A DNA stretch of 64,000 bases from Hemiscyllium ocellatum. Lineage: Eukaryota. Below the pieces are notes generated by a model. The model was given only the letters and a program-made list of their open reading frames with translations, searched no databases and was not told where the DNA came from. Every line of letters starts with the position of its first letter. Within the stretch, counting starts at the first letter, position 1. Location of the stretch: positions 19,491,299 to 19,555,298 of the forward strand of contig NC_083436.1 in NCBI RefSeq assembly GCF_020745735.1. Reading direction: 5' to 3'. Positions 38,957-51,249 of this stretch are shown piece by piece. Both the position numbers and the translations under genes were made by a program.

Positions 38957-39230
38957 GGGGTGACATAGTGGCTCAGTGGTTTGCACTGTTGCCTCACAGC
39001 ACCAGGGAACTGGATTCGATTCCAGCCTCGGGTGACTGTGTGGAGTTTGCATATTCTCCCCATGTCTGCGTGGGTTTCCTCCCACAATCCAAAGATGTGC
39101 AGGTTAGGTGAATTGGTCATGTTAAATTGCCCGTAGTGTTCGGTGCATTAGTCAGAGGGAAATGGGTCTTTGGAGTGTCAGTGTGGACTTGGGCCGAAGG
39201 GGCTGTTTCCACACTATAGTAAATCTAATC
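38957..39230 (+). mobile_element. HE1-like V-SINE
   Basis: A/B boxes, V domain, LINE-derived tail ending aatctaatc. Confidence 0.87.
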
Positions 39231-40199
39231 AGAGGATTGTGGGGATGATGGGTATTACAAATAGGGAGAAGCATAATCATGAAGTATTTGAAAGCAAGAA
39301 TGAGCAATTTAAAATTAAGCATTCCCTGGCCTGGATGAAGTGGCGGTGGGTGAGCAGAGTAAGGAGGGTGAAAGGGAACTCAGTGCCTTAAGAACATAGG
39401 CAATGCAACATTAAATAATCTCATGTTTGCAGAAAGTAGAATATGATAAGATGGCCAGAAGTGGGTTGGAGTGGAAAAGCTTAGGGGAAAATAAAGGTCT
39501 GTCTAAGGGTTGTAGTTGAAGATGAAGTGAGGTAGAGGAGATTTGGATGGTCACCTTATACTTAAGTGGAAGAAATCTTGGCTTGTATAATGATGGGCTA
39601 ACCCCAAATCCTTGCTAGTTTTTGATACCCAAAATTTCCCCCATAAGATTTAAAATGGCCTTACTCTTCATGGGTGAGAGATGCTCCGACGAGAGTTTGA
39701 GCTTGTTCTTCACACCAAAAGTTCTCAACGTTGGCAGGCACAGCAGAAAAATGGATTATCCTGATTATCCTGCCAGTGAATACATCCACTAAATTGCCTC
39801 TGGCTGAGTAACACTGCATAGTCTACGGAGGCCTACACGGAAGGAAGGTGACTCCACCCAGGAATGGTGTTTCACCCAATAAAGGGTAAATAATACATTA
39901 ACTTTTAAAGAGAATACAAAACTGTTGCAATTACTTTGGCGAGCATTAGTTTGGAGGACGTAGCCTTACATAATCGGTGAGTTTCTAGAAAAAATTACTG
40001 AAGTACGAAACCAACTCTACAGTGACAGATGACTGGGACAAGGGCATTTTTTCAAAGAAATCAAAGTAAACTTGCAACAAACGCTTCTGTCTCCCGTGAA
40101 AAGTAAAGAGAGAAATGTAATAAACAAATCTGAGAACTTTAAAAAGTTGAGAACAGCACAAAAATCAGACGGTTCCTTGTAGCTGTGCCCAGGAATGGG

Positions 40200-40640
40200 T
40201 TGGATAGGGTTAATGAGGGAGGTGTTCCTGCTGAGCTAGTTCCACCTGTGAACCTGGATCATGGAGTCCGCAGAGCTCACTTGTCGAGGGAGACGTTCGG
40301 AGTCGCTGTAAAGGAGGACAGAAAAAGAAAGTAAAACTTCTCCGAGTGCGACAGCGAATTTTAATTTCGAAGCAAGTAAATATTGCCTCAAACCAGGTAA
40401 CCAAGCCGATCGAGCATTCATCGTGTGGTACTCGCTTTTTATATTGAGACACGGTGGTGAAGGTAATGGTTTCCGCTCAACGTGGTGATGGGCTAGAAAT
40501 TGGATCTGGATGTTTGGAAGCGAATTCCTTTTGTTCCTGGTGTACATGCGCTCGCTTTGAGAGAAGGAAATGTGTGCGTTCCCGGGTGAAGAGTCCAAAA
40601 TTGCTGCGAGTTAGATCCTGGTTAAACAAGGTGGGGGGAG
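40200..40640 (+). promoter_or_regulatory. CpG-enriched unique segment; probable promoter and non-coding first exon of the CD20-like gene (candidate donor CAG|GTAACC at 40396/40397)
   Basis: Many intact CpGs in non-repetitive sequence, unlike the flanks; good donor consensus; the first coding exon begins with an acceptor, so an upstream exon is required. Confidence 0.5.
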
Positions 40641-40644
40641 CCTA

Positions 40645-41595
40645 GAGACTCATACAGGATGGAAACAGACCCTTCACTCCAACTAGTCCACTCTGGCCAT
40701 GTTCCCCAACTAAATTAATCTCACCTGCCTGTTCTTGGCCCATATCACTACAAATCTTTTCTATTCATTAACTTAACCAAGTGTCTTTCAAAAGTTGTAA
40801 CTACCTGCATTCATCACTTCCTCTGGCAGTTCATTCATACACTAACCATTCTGTTAAAAAAAAATTACCCCTCACATCCATTTTAAATCTGTCTCCTCTC
40901 ACCTTAAAATGCCAATAGTTTTGTCGATCCCCGCCATCGGAAAGACTTTTGCTATTCACCTTATCTATGCCACTCATGCTTTTATAAACCCCTATAAGGC
41001 CTCCCCTCGACCGCCTGTGCTACACTGAAAAACGTCCCAGTCTATCCAGTCCATTTTTATAACTCAAAACCTCTATTCCTGCCAACAGCCTGGTAAATCT
41101 TTTCTGAACCCTCTCCAGTTTAGTAACATCCTTTCTATAACAGGGTGACCAGAATTGCACACAGTATTCCAAAAGAGGCCTCACCAATGTGCTGTACAGA
41201 CTCAACATGACATCCCAACTCCTATACTCAGAAGGTTTGAACAATGAAGGCAAGCAAGACAGACACTTTCTAAACTACCCTGTTTACACCTGTGACATAA
41301 ATTTCAAAGAATTATGAACCTGAACCCTTGGTTCTCTATTCTACAACACCATCCACGACCCTACCATTAATTGTATAAGTCCTGCCCTTGTAGGTGTTAA
41401 CAAAATGCAATATCTTGCACTTAGAATCATTAGAGTTGTACAGCACAAAGACAGACTCTTGTCTATGTTGACCAGATTGCCAACATTGCATGATATCCCT
41501 CTAAGTTCTTCCTTTTCATGTTATCCCAATTAAACTCCAATTTGCCACTCTTCAGCCCATTGACCCAATTGATCAAGATCTCTTTGTAATCTTAG
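40645..41595 (-). mobile_element. CR1 LINE 3' fragment
   Basis: LVRPLLEYCVQFWSPCYRKD..LERVQKRFTR. Confidence 0.88.
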
Positions 41596-41911
41596 AGGAA
41601 TAAATTGTTTGTTATTCGTGTGGAGAACTGAGAAGGGAGCTTGTTTGTGAGACTGTTCAGTAGAGTTTGGTGTCGAACTGGAGGGGAACAAATAACTGAG
41701 TTATGAACTGGTCCCTTAATCTTTCATTTACATTTAGGAATTTAATGAGAACTGTGTGGATTTAATAATATTGACTTTTCTTGGGGCACTCGAACAAGTA
41801 GGCACAGTATACACATTTGAAGTTGTATAGCTCACTAAATCATTTAGAAATTCAAAATAAGATATTGAGCTGTCCAAATGTAAAATAGCTCAACAATTCA
41901 GGGAAGCGAAA

Positions 41912-42125
41912 GTGAGGACTGCAGATGCTGGAGATCAGAGTCAAGTTTAGAGTGGTGGTGAAGAGCACGGCAGGTCAGGCAGCATCTGAGGAGAAGGAAA
42001 ATCGCCATTTTGGGCAAAAGCCCTTCATCAGGAATGAGGTTGGGAGCCTCCAGGGTGGAGAGAGAAATGGAAGGTGGGGGGGGGTTAGAATGATGCTGCC
42101 TGACCTGCTGTGCTTTTCCAGTTGA
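41912..42125 (-). mobile_element. PLE pLTR-derived fold-back element
   Basis: gtgaggactgcagatgctggag tail; aagcccttcatcaggaat (hammerhead 5' core on - strand, GAAA mutated); short inverted arm. Confidence 0.8.
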
Positions 42126-42607
42126 CACCAGTGTTTGTCAACCTTCATCTTTTTTAGCAGCAGATCAAATATTTTAAAATTATAAAACATGAAGGAATTA
42201 CATGTCAATTTTTTTCATTCTGTGGCAATATTTAGAAATGCCCAGAATTCCCACCCTTAATCAATTTAAACAGGAAAAAAAAATGTCAGTTTTTATGTTA
42301 GCTTGTGGACATAAGTCGGTACACCCTCCAAGTACTTTCGCTTGAGAAGTACTTCGAGATGTTTCAATGATAAAGCTGTTTTTAATCGAACACAATGATA
42401 TTGTTTAAACTGCATGTTAACATTGAATGTTGAAAAGTTAGTTTTTAGTGTTTCAAAAGCCTAATTGTGGACCAGTACAATTGGTTAACTTGGAAATGCC
42501 AAACTGTTGTAATGGGTCATTATATCACTTGTCACTTTACACTAGAATGGCCTGTCCTTGCAGCCTGCTTGTAAAACTTTTTTTTGTCTCCAATGTTTTT
42601 TTTGCAG

Positions 42608-42638
42608 CATGCGCAGAGCATGAGAGTATTGCATGCAA
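42608..42638 (+). other. Candidate 31-nt 5' UTR micro-exon of the CD20-like gene
   Basis: Long U tract + GCAG acceptor and perfect GTAAGT donor in unique sequence. Confidence 0.4.
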
Positions 42639-42799
42639 GTAAGTGACTTGACATAACATCTCATCTGACTCTGAACAATGCTGCTAATACCAATAGAGAC
42701 GATGTGCTCAAATCTAAAGCAAGGCTTAAACGTACAACAGAATTAACATTTTGGGTCCAGTGACCCTTTTCCAGAACACTTGAGTTTGAAAGAAGGATT

Positions 42800-44540
42800 A
42801 GAGTCAAAGAGATGTATAGCATGGAAACAGACCCTTTGGTCCAACCCGTCCATGCCGACCAGATATCCCAACTAAATCTAGTCCCACCTACCAGCACCTA
42901 GCCCATATCCCTCCAAACCCTTCTTATTCATATACCCATCCAAATGCCTCTTAAATGTTGCAATTGTACCAGCCTCCACAACTTCCTCTGGCAGCTCATT
43001 CCATAAACGTACCATCCTCTATGTAGAAAAAGTTGACCCTTAGGTCCCTTTTATATCTGGTCTGTTTTATACTTTTCCCCTCTCACCCTAAACCTATGCC
43101 CTTTAGTTCTGGACTCCCCGATCCCAGGGAAAAGACTTTTTCTATTTGTCCTATCCATGCCCCTCATAATTTTGTAAACCTCTATACGGTCACACCTCAG
43201 CCTCCAATGGTCCAGGGAAAACAGCCCCAGTCTTTTCAGCCTCTCCCTATAGCTCAAATCTTCCAACCCTGGCAACATCCTTGTAAATCTTTTTAAAACC
43301 CTTTCAAGTTTCACAACATTTTTCCAATAGGAAGGAGACCTGTATTCCAACAGTGGCCTAACTAATGTCCTGTACAGCCGCTACATGACCTCCCAACTCC
43401 TGTACTCAATACTCTGACCAATAAAAGAAAGCATACCAAATGTCGTCTTCACTATCCTATCTACCTGCGACTCTACTTTCAAGGAGCTATGAACCTGCAC
43501 TCCAAGGTCTCTTTGTTCAGCAACACTCCCTAGGACCTTACCATTAAGTGTATAAGTCCTGCTAAGATTTGCTTTCCCAAAATGCAGCACCTCACATTTA
43601 TCTGAATTAAACTCCATCTGCCACTTCTCAGCCCATTGGCCCATCTGGTCCAGATCCTGTTGTAATCCGAGGTAACCCTCTTCGCTGTCCACTCCACCTC
43701 CAATTTTGGTGTCATCTGCAAACTTACTAATGTATCGCTTATGCTCACGTCCAAATCATTTATGTAAATGACAAAAAATAGAGGACCCAGCACTGATCCT
43801 TGTGGCACTCCACTGGTCACAGGCCTCCAATCTGAAGAATAACCCTCCACCACCACCCTCTGTCTTCTACCATTGAGCCAGTTCTGTATCCAAATGGCTA
43901 ATTCTCCCCGTATTCCGTGAGATCTAACCTTGCTCATCAGTCTCCCATGGGGAACCTTGTCGAACGCCTTACTGAAGTCCATATAGATCACATCTATTGT
44001 TCTGCCCTCATCAATCTTCTTTGTTACTTATTCAAAAAATTCAATCAAGATTGTGAGGCATGATTTCCATGTTGACTATCCCTAATCAGTCCTTGCCTTT
44101 CCAAATACATGTACATCCTGTCCCTCAGGATTCCCTCCAACAACTTGCACACCACCAACGTCAGGCTCATTGGTCTATAGTTCCCTGGCTTGTCCTTACA
44201 ACCCTTCTTTAACAGTGGCTCCACGTTAGCCAACCTCCACTCTTCTGGCACCTCGCCTGTGACTATCAATGATACAAATATCTCAGCAAGAGGCCTAACA
44301 ATCACTTCTCTAGTTTCTCACAGAGTTCTTGTGTACACCTGATCAGGTCCTGGGGATTTATCCACCTTTACCCGTTTCAAGACATCCAGCACTTCCTCCT
44401 CTTAATCTGGACATTTTGCAAGATATCACCATCTATTTCCCTACAGTTTATATCTTCCATATCCTTTTCCACAGTAAATACTGATGCAAAATACTCATTT
44501 AGTATCTCCCCCATTTTCTGCGGCTCCACACACAGGCTGC
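42800..44540 (-). mobile_element. CR1 LINE, 1.7 kb 3' portion
   Basis: [27 protein letters not shown], 3' UTR; few frameshifts. Confidence 0.92.
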
Positions 44541-45087
44541 TGATTACTGGATCTGAAATGTTAACTTTGCTTTCAGTCCACAGATGCTGCCAGGCTTTGG
44601 GAATTTTTCCAACAATTTCTGTTTATGTTTAAAGATTGAGGAGTTGGTCTCTTAGGAAGTTTCTGCAGCTCTAATGTGTATGAAAATAAATATATTAAGC
44701 CTTTTGAGTTGTAAAGATATCTTTCCTTCCTAAGTTCAGTTACCAGTGCTTAAAAATAAATTGTCCATCATTATAGTTTAAATTAGAATATAGAAATAGG
44801 AGCAGGACTAGGCTATATAACCTCTCATGGCTGCTTTGCCATGTGGTTTGATCTTGGTCTCAATTCCACTTTTCTGCCTATTTTCCATTAAACCTGGACT
44901 CCTCTATAGTTCAAAATTCTCTGGTTCAGACTTGAAATTAGCATGAAGTACGTTCAATGTTTCAGCCTCCACACCTCTCTGGGAAAGAGAATTTCAAAGA
45001 TTTGCAACCCTGACAGACAAGAAATTAGTCTTCTATCCTAAATAGATGATCCCTTATTTCTAAAACTGCCCCTTGCTTTATGTTGAA

Positions 45088-45950
45088 GAGTCATAGAGAT
45101 GTACAGCATGGAATCAGACCCTTTGGTCCAACTTGCCAACCAGATATCCTAACCTAATCTAGTCCCATTTGCCAGGACTTGGCCACTATTTCACTATACC
45201 CTTCCTATTCATATACCCATCCAGATGCCTTTTAAATGGAGATGTTGTACTGGCTTCCACTACTTCCTCTGGCAGCTCATTCCATATACGCACAACCCTC
45301 TGTGTGAAAAAGTTGCCCCTTAGATCCCTTTTGTATCCTGTCCCCTCTCACCCTAAACCCATGTCCTCTAGTTCTGAACTCACCCATGCCAGGGCAAAGA
45401 CTTTGTCTATCTATCCTATCCATGTCCCTCATGATTTTATAATCCTCTATAAGGTCACCCTTCAACCTCTAACACTTCAGGGAAACAGGCCCAACCTATT
45501 CAAGTTCTCTCTTTAGCTCAAATCCTCCAACCCAGGCAAATCTTTGTAAACCTTTTCTGAACCCTTTCAAGTTTCGCAACATCCTTCTGATAGGAAGGAG
45601 ACCGGAATTGTATATAATGTTCCAAAAGTGGCCTAACTAACATCCTGTACATCCATAACATGACCTCCCAACTCCTATACGCAATACTCTTACCAATAAA
45701 GGAAAGCATACGAAATGCCGCCTTCACTATCCTATCTACCTGCAACTCTACTTTCAAGGAACTATGAACCTGCACTCCAAGGTCTCTTTGTTCACCAACA
45801 CTCCCTAGGACCTTACCATTAAGTGTATTAGTCCTTCTCTGATTTGCCTTTTCAAAACACAGCACCTCACATTTATCTAAATTAAACTCCATCTGTCACT
45901 CAGCCCATTGGCCCATTTGATAAAGATCCTGTTGTACTCTGAGGTGACCT
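45088..45950 (-). mobile_element. CR1 LINE 3' fragment nested in an older CR1 (about 44790-46490)
   Basis: MEFNLDKCEVL..RDLGVQVHSSLK..LERVQKRFT. Confidence 0.88.
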
Positions 45951-46567
45951 TATGAGATATCCTCATTCCTCATAAGACATTACCTTTGCCCCAGGAATCA
46001 ACCTTGTGGACCTTCTGAGAACTACCTCCAAAACGAGTACATCTCTGCATAAAGCTTACTAATTATATGCAGTGATCTCCCCAATGTCCTGTGCAGTTGT
46101 AGTGAGACTTTCTTACTTCAGTCCTGAAATATTTATTCCATTTGCCTTTGTTGTTCCATTTGAATTTCATGTCTGAAGACAGCTAGATTCCTCTCTACTG
46201 CAGCATTCTATAGACTCTATTCAAACAATGTTTTGATTTGCCTTGCAGAATCTGCCAAAGTTTTGCCCACTTGTTTAAACTACCTATATCCACTTGCAGA
46301 CCCTGTGATTACTGCACAATATACTATCCTGTATTTTATATCAGCAGCAAATTTGACTACAGTGTTCTTGCTTCCTTCATCTAAGTACTATATATATTGC
46401 AAATAGTTGAGGCTACAGCACAGATACCTGTTACACCCCACTAATTACAAATGACCTTTTGTCCCAACTCTTGTTTCTGTTAGTTAGCCAATTATGTATC
46501 TATATTGTTGTTATTATTTTATCCCCAACACTATAATTTCTTAGGAAGAAATAATAATATAGGATGA

Positions 46568-46805
46568 GGGGTGGGGGAGTCCAGAACTAGAGGCCATAAG
46601 TTTAGGGTGAGAGGGGAAAGATATAAAAAAGACCTAAGGGGCAACTTTTTCACACAGAGGATGGTATGCATATGGAATGAGCTGCCAGATGAAGTGGTGG
46701 AGGCTGGTACAATTGCAACATTTAAAAGGCTTTGGGATATCAGGTTGTCATGGATGGGTTGGACCAAAGAGTCTGTTTCCAGGCTGTACATCTCTGTGAC
46801 TCTAA
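46568..46805 (+). mobile_element. CR1 3' end fragment
   Basis: GESRTRGHKFRVRGER..FFTQR..WNELP. Confidence 0.85.
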
Positions 46806-47398
46806 CTATGAGGAGCAGGAGGTCTCGAGATTCCAGTCTGCCCTCTGTAACCCTCAATTCCTATCAAAACTCCTATCTAACTTGACCACTTACTTTGTGT
46901 AGTAGCCTAACTTGTTGTATCTCATTGATTATCTTTTGACCATATTGAACAGAATCCTGGAGTTATGACTGGTATTGAAGATACCATTTAACAATTCCTC
47001 AAGTTAAAAGGTGATCTAATGATTGATATCGGCAACCAAATGTGCAGAATTCCTATGAAATGCAGCAATAATGATGTGCACGGGAAGTTAATTTTTCAGT
47101 TGTATTATGTTTACTTCACTGAGATAATTAAACATTATATTACAGACACAGCTGCTCTGTTTGAGAAGGAGGGAGAGAGAGAACACATAAAATAGGCTAG
47201 CTAGCCTAACGTTTATCACTGAGAAAATGCTAGGATCCATTGTTAAAGTAGTTGAAAGATGCTTTGAAATTGAATATAAAGAGGCAGAAGGAATATATCT
47301 TCGAGTAAAAAATGAGGTCTGCAGATGCTGGAGATCACAGCTGCAAATGTGTTGCTGGTCAAAGCACAGCAGGCCAGGCAGCATCTCAGGAATAGAGA

Positions 47399-47434
47399 AT
47401 TCGACGTTTCGAGCATAAGCCCTTCATCAGGAAT
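47399..47434 (-). ncRNA. Minimal type I hammerhead ribozyme motif (inverted pLTR copy)
   Basis: Exact reverse complement of 49147-49182. Confidence 0.8.
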
Positions 47435-47556
47435 AAGAGAGAGAGAGCCAAGCAGGCTAAGATAAAAGGTAGGGAGGAGGGACTAGGGGGAGGGGCGATG
47501 GAGGTGGGATAGGTGGAAGGAGGTCAAGGTGAGGGTGATAGGCCAGAGTGGGGTGG

Positions 47557-47734
47557 GGGCGGAGAGGTCAGGAAGAGGATTGCAGGTTAGGAGGGCGGTG
47601 CTGAGTTGAGGGAACCGGGCGGAGAGGTCAGGAAGAGGATTGCAGGTTAGGAGGGCGGTGCTGAGTTGAGGGAACCGGGCGGAGAGGTCAGGAAGAGGAT
47701 TGCAGGGGCGGAGAGGTCAGGAAGAGGATTGCAG
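47557..47734. repeat. Tandem duplication at the PLE inversion junction: 2 x 60 bp + 2 x 29 bp
   Basis: Units start GGGCGGAGAGGTCAGGAAGAGGATTGCAG at 47557, 47617, 47677 and 47706. Confidence 0.9.
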
Positions 47735-47735
47735 A

Positions 47736-49013
47736 TCCTCCCACTTCCTCCAAACTAAAGGAGTTGCCATGGGCACCCGCATGGGCCCCAGCTATGCCTG
47801 CCTCTTCGTAGGATATGTGGAACAGTCCATCTTCCGCAACTACACTGGCACCACCCCCCACCTTTTCCTCCGCTACATCGATGACTGTATCGGCGCTGCC
47901 TCGTGCTCCCACGAGGAGGTTGAACAGTTCATCAACTTTACTAACACCTTCCATCCCGACCTGAAATTCACCTGGACTGTCTCAGACTCTTCCCTCCCCT
48001 TCCTAGACCTTTCCATTTCTATCTCGGGCGACCGACTCAACACAGACATCTATTATAAACCGACTGACTCCCACAGCTACCTGGACTACACCTCCTCCCA
48101 CCCTGCCCCCTGTAAAAACGCCATCCCATATTCCCAATTCCTTCGTCTCCGCCGCATCTGCTCCCAGGAGGACCAATTCCAACACCGCACAGCCCAGATG
48201 GCCTCCTTCTTCAAGGACCGCAGATTCCCCCCAGACATGATCGACGATACCCTCCACCGCATCTCCTCCACTTCCCGCTCCTCCGCCCTTGAGCCCCGCT
48301 CCTCCAACTGCCACCAAGACAGAACCCCACTGGTTCTCACCTACCACCCCACCAACCTGCGCATACAACGTATCATCCGCCGCCATTTCCGCCACCTCCA
48401 AACGGACCCCACCACCAAGGATATATTTCCCTCCCCTCCCCTATCAGCGTTCCGCAAGGACCACTCCCTTCGTGACTCCCTCGTCAGATCCACACCCCCC
48501 ACCAACCCAACCTCCACCCCCGGCACCTTCCCCTGCAACCGCAGGAAATGTAAAACTTGCGCCCACACCTCCACACTCACTTCCCTCCAAGGCCCCAAGG
48601 GATCCTTCCATATCTGCCACAAGTTCACCTGTACCTCCACACACATCATCTATTGCATCCGCTGCACCCGATGTGGCCTCCTCTATATTGGGGAGACAGG
48701 CCGCTTACTTGCGGAACGCTTTAGAGAACACCTCCGGGCCGCCCGAACCAACCAACCCAATCACCCCGTGGCTCAACACTTTAACTCCCCCTCCCACTCC
48801 ACCGAGGACATGCAGGTCCTTGGACTCCTCCACCGGCAGAACACAACTACACGACGGCTGGAGGAGGAGCGCCTCATCTTCCGCCTGGGAACCCTCCAAC
48901 CACAAGGTATGAATTCAGATTTCTCCAGTTTCCTCATTTCCCCTCCCCCCACCTTGTCTCAGTCGGTTCCCTCAACTCAGCACCGCCCTCCTAACCTGCA
49001 ATCCTCTTCCTGA
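47736..49013 (+). CDS. PLE reverse transcriptase C-terminal part + GIY-YIG endonuclease (open frame, no native start)
   Basis: GVAMG, RYIDD, PFLD, YYKPTD, Cys linker CNRRKCKTC, IIYCIRCTRC..YIGETGR, RFREH, LQPQGMN; no stops over about 425 codons. Confidence 0.9.
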   Translation, partial: SSHFLQTKGVAMGTRMGPSYACLFVGYVEQSIFRNYTGTTPHLFLRYIDDCIGAASCSHEEVEQFINFTNTFHPDLKFTWTVSDSSLPFLDLSISISGDRLNTDIYYKPTDSHSYLDYTSSHPAPCKNAIPYSQFLRLRRICSQEDQFQHRTAQMASFFKDRRFPPDMIDDTLHRISSTSRSSALEPRSSNCHQDRTPLVLTYHPTNLRIQRIIRRHFRHLQTDPTTKDIFPSPPLSAFRKDHSLRDSLVRSTPPTNPTSTPGTFPCNRRKCKTCAHTSTLTSLQGPKGSFHICHKFTCTSTHIIYCIRCTRCGLLYIGETGRLLAERFREHLRAARTNQPNHPVAQHFNSPSHSTEDMQVLGLLHRQNTTTRRLEEERLIFRLGTLQPQGMNSDFSSFLISPPPTLSQSVPSTQHRPPNLQSSS

Positions 49014-49146
49014 CCTCTCCGCCCCCACCCCACTCCGGCCTATCACCCTCACCTTGACCTCCTTCCACCTATCCCACCTCCATCGCCCCTCCTCCTAGTC
49101 CCTCCTCCCTACCTTTTATCTTAGCCTGCTTGGCTCTCTCTCTCTT

Positions 49147-49182
49147 ATTCCTGATGAAGGGCTTATGCTCGAAACGTCGAAT
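49147..49182 (+). ncRNA. Minimal type I hammerhead ribozyme motif (PLE pLTR)
   Basis: ATTC-CTGATGA-A-GGGC(TTAT)GCTC-GAAA-C-GTC-GAAT; predicted cleavage after C49178. Confidence 0.8.
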
Positions 49183-50034
49183 TCTCTATTCCTGAGATGC
49201 TGCCTGGCCTGCTGTGCTTTGACCAGCAACACATTTGCAGCAGAAGGAATATAGCTTTGTGAAAGGAAAATCATGTTTGGAAAATGAGTTATTTGAGGAT
49301 GTAAGATTCAAGCTGGACAAAGGGGCATCAGTAATGTATCTGGATTTCTAAAAAATGTTTGTTGAGATATCACACATAAGATTATTGAACAAAATAAGAA
49401 ATCATGATGATGGGGGTGTTGTTAGCATATAGTGAGAAATGGATCATTTTCAGGCTGACAAGCTGTGAGGATGGAGGAAGTGACTATATCATCAGCAAAT
49501 GTGGCTACAATATAAAGGCAGGCAGAAAAACAGGTTGTGAGAAGGATACAAAAATTCTATGAAGGAATAAAGTTAGGTTGTAAGTGGGTATGATAATTTT
49601 CTGTCCTTTTTTATGTTTTCACTGGATACCAGGTCAGATGTCCACAAAGGAAATGTCACGCTTATCACCAACATTGATCCATTCTTTGCTGCTTGCTTAA
49701 AAGTATTTATTCTCTGACTTCACTGGCCTTCCTTAAGTCTCTCCTCTAAATAAAATCTCTTCTTATGTTTACAGCCACCCCTCAACTTTGTAATGGCCCA
49801 TAATTTCTTTATTCCTATGCTCTCTATTACTATAAAGTAATCCTCGACCATTTCCTTCTATGCCTCACGACTTCCTATCCCTTAAACCCCACTTCTTCAT
49901 TTCCTGACCAGGGGTGAGAATAACATTTATAATTCTTGCTCCTCCCTAAATTTGCTATATGATCTTCTGCAACTGTAAACATACTTAATTATCTTTCACC
50001 TCCATTTTTGTCTTTGTCTTCAGCAAAACCTTTA

Positions 50035-50380
50035 GGGGAGGCAGTGGCATAGTGGACCAGTAATTCAGAATGCCAGGCTAATGTTCTTAAGGACGTGGAT
50101 TTGAAAACTGCCACTGTAGGTGAGGAAGCAAATCTGGAATTTAACTAAAAATAGTCTAATGGTGATCATGTAACCACTGGTGACTGTTGTAAAAACCCAT
50201 TTTGTTCACTGATGTCCTTTTGGAGAAGGAAGTTTGCCATCCTTAACTGATCTGACCTTATATGCAACTCCAGATCCATAGCATTCTCACTGACTGTTAA
50301 ATGGCTCCTGGACAATCAAGGATAGAGAGTAAATGCTGACCTTGCCAGTAACCCCCACATCGCATAAATGAATAAGAAGA
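50035..50380 (+). mobile_element. tRNA-headed SINE (second family), near full length; 5' half copy at about 3105-3290
   Basis: ggggaggcagtggcatagtgg head, gtaaaaacccat..gttcactgatgtccttt core, tail shared with the LINE at 63250. Confidence 0.75.
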
Positions 50381-51249
50381 ACCTCTCAATCCAATCATTT
50401 CTCTGATTTTGACCCATTTTGTGCCGACCAGAATTGGCGTGGGGACTAATGGTGGGAACACAGACTTAAAATTTAGTGCTGTTCTCGTTTATCCATCATT
50501 GTCACATCAAAATGCTATTCAGCTGCTTGCTTCTCTGTCAAACTCTTTCCCAGAATCTGTGTGACCTTTCTTTTCACTCAGCAGTTTCATAAGTTGTTTC
50601 CTCCAGTTTGTACCTGAAGCAAATGCAAGGATGTTATTGATTTCTTTGACATACAAGACTAAACCTGAACATTCAGCTCTCCTGGCTGACCTTTCTGCTT
50701 GCTTAAAAAGTTAAGTCATGAACTACTCTTTGATCATGACCACTGCAAGCTGATTATGTACATGAAGTCCATCTATTGGTGTCTTGACCTATTTTGACCA
50801 AACTACTAATGTGCCTTCCTAGCTCCAAGCTAGCTGACAAGTTCTGCTGGCTTTGTCCTCCTGCTGTCAAAATGTCCATCGTCATCCCAGTCCTTATAAT
50901 ACTCACACTCTATCCCTCTGACACAGTATTAAGCCTAACCAGTGTAAGAAAAATATATTCTGACTGTGATTCATCATTCTGCCCCATGTTTCTTGAACAC
51001 TGTACAGCTTCTGAAACAGTTCACAATGCTGTTGTCCTCTATTGTCCAGCATAGGGAAGGTTAAGACACAAGACGGTGCCTTCAACACCTGGTTAAATGA
51101 GCATCAGAATTTAGTGCCAATCTCCTGCTTTTTCCCCCCACACCCTTGCATATTATTTTATTCAAATAATTTCTTTATCCAAAATTATTTATTTGGGAAA
51201 TATATAGCTGGGGCTCAAGCACTAATCCCTGCTAGTCCCCATTCGTCAT

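Larger units (their letters stand above)
47298..49241 (+). mobile_element. Young 5'-truncated Penelope-like retroelement (Neptune type) with inverted pLTRs and 14-bp TSD
   Basis: 278-bp inverted arms 47340-47617 / 48964-49241 with about 2 mismatches; TSD GCAGAAGGAATATA at 47284-47297 and 49240-49253; inserted in a decayed CR1 RT. Confidence 0.93.

Noticed and set aside
38957-39030. tRNA genes (also at about 15136, 20040-20110, 50035 and 58580-58650)
   Set aside because: These are tRNA-derived SINE heads continuing into SINE bodies; no full cloverleaf
47557-47734. CRISPR-like array
   Set aside because: Contiguous duplications without unique spacers, in a vertebrate retroelement
47700-47735. 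Start of the 437-aa ORF as a real protein N-terminus
   Set aside because: The TTG start and first 12 codons come from the inverted/duplicated pLTR; the RT is 5'-truncated
47688-48912. Overlapping alternative-frame and antisense ORFs in the PLE
   Set aside because: By-products of C-rich coding sequence with few stop codons; no recognisable motifs
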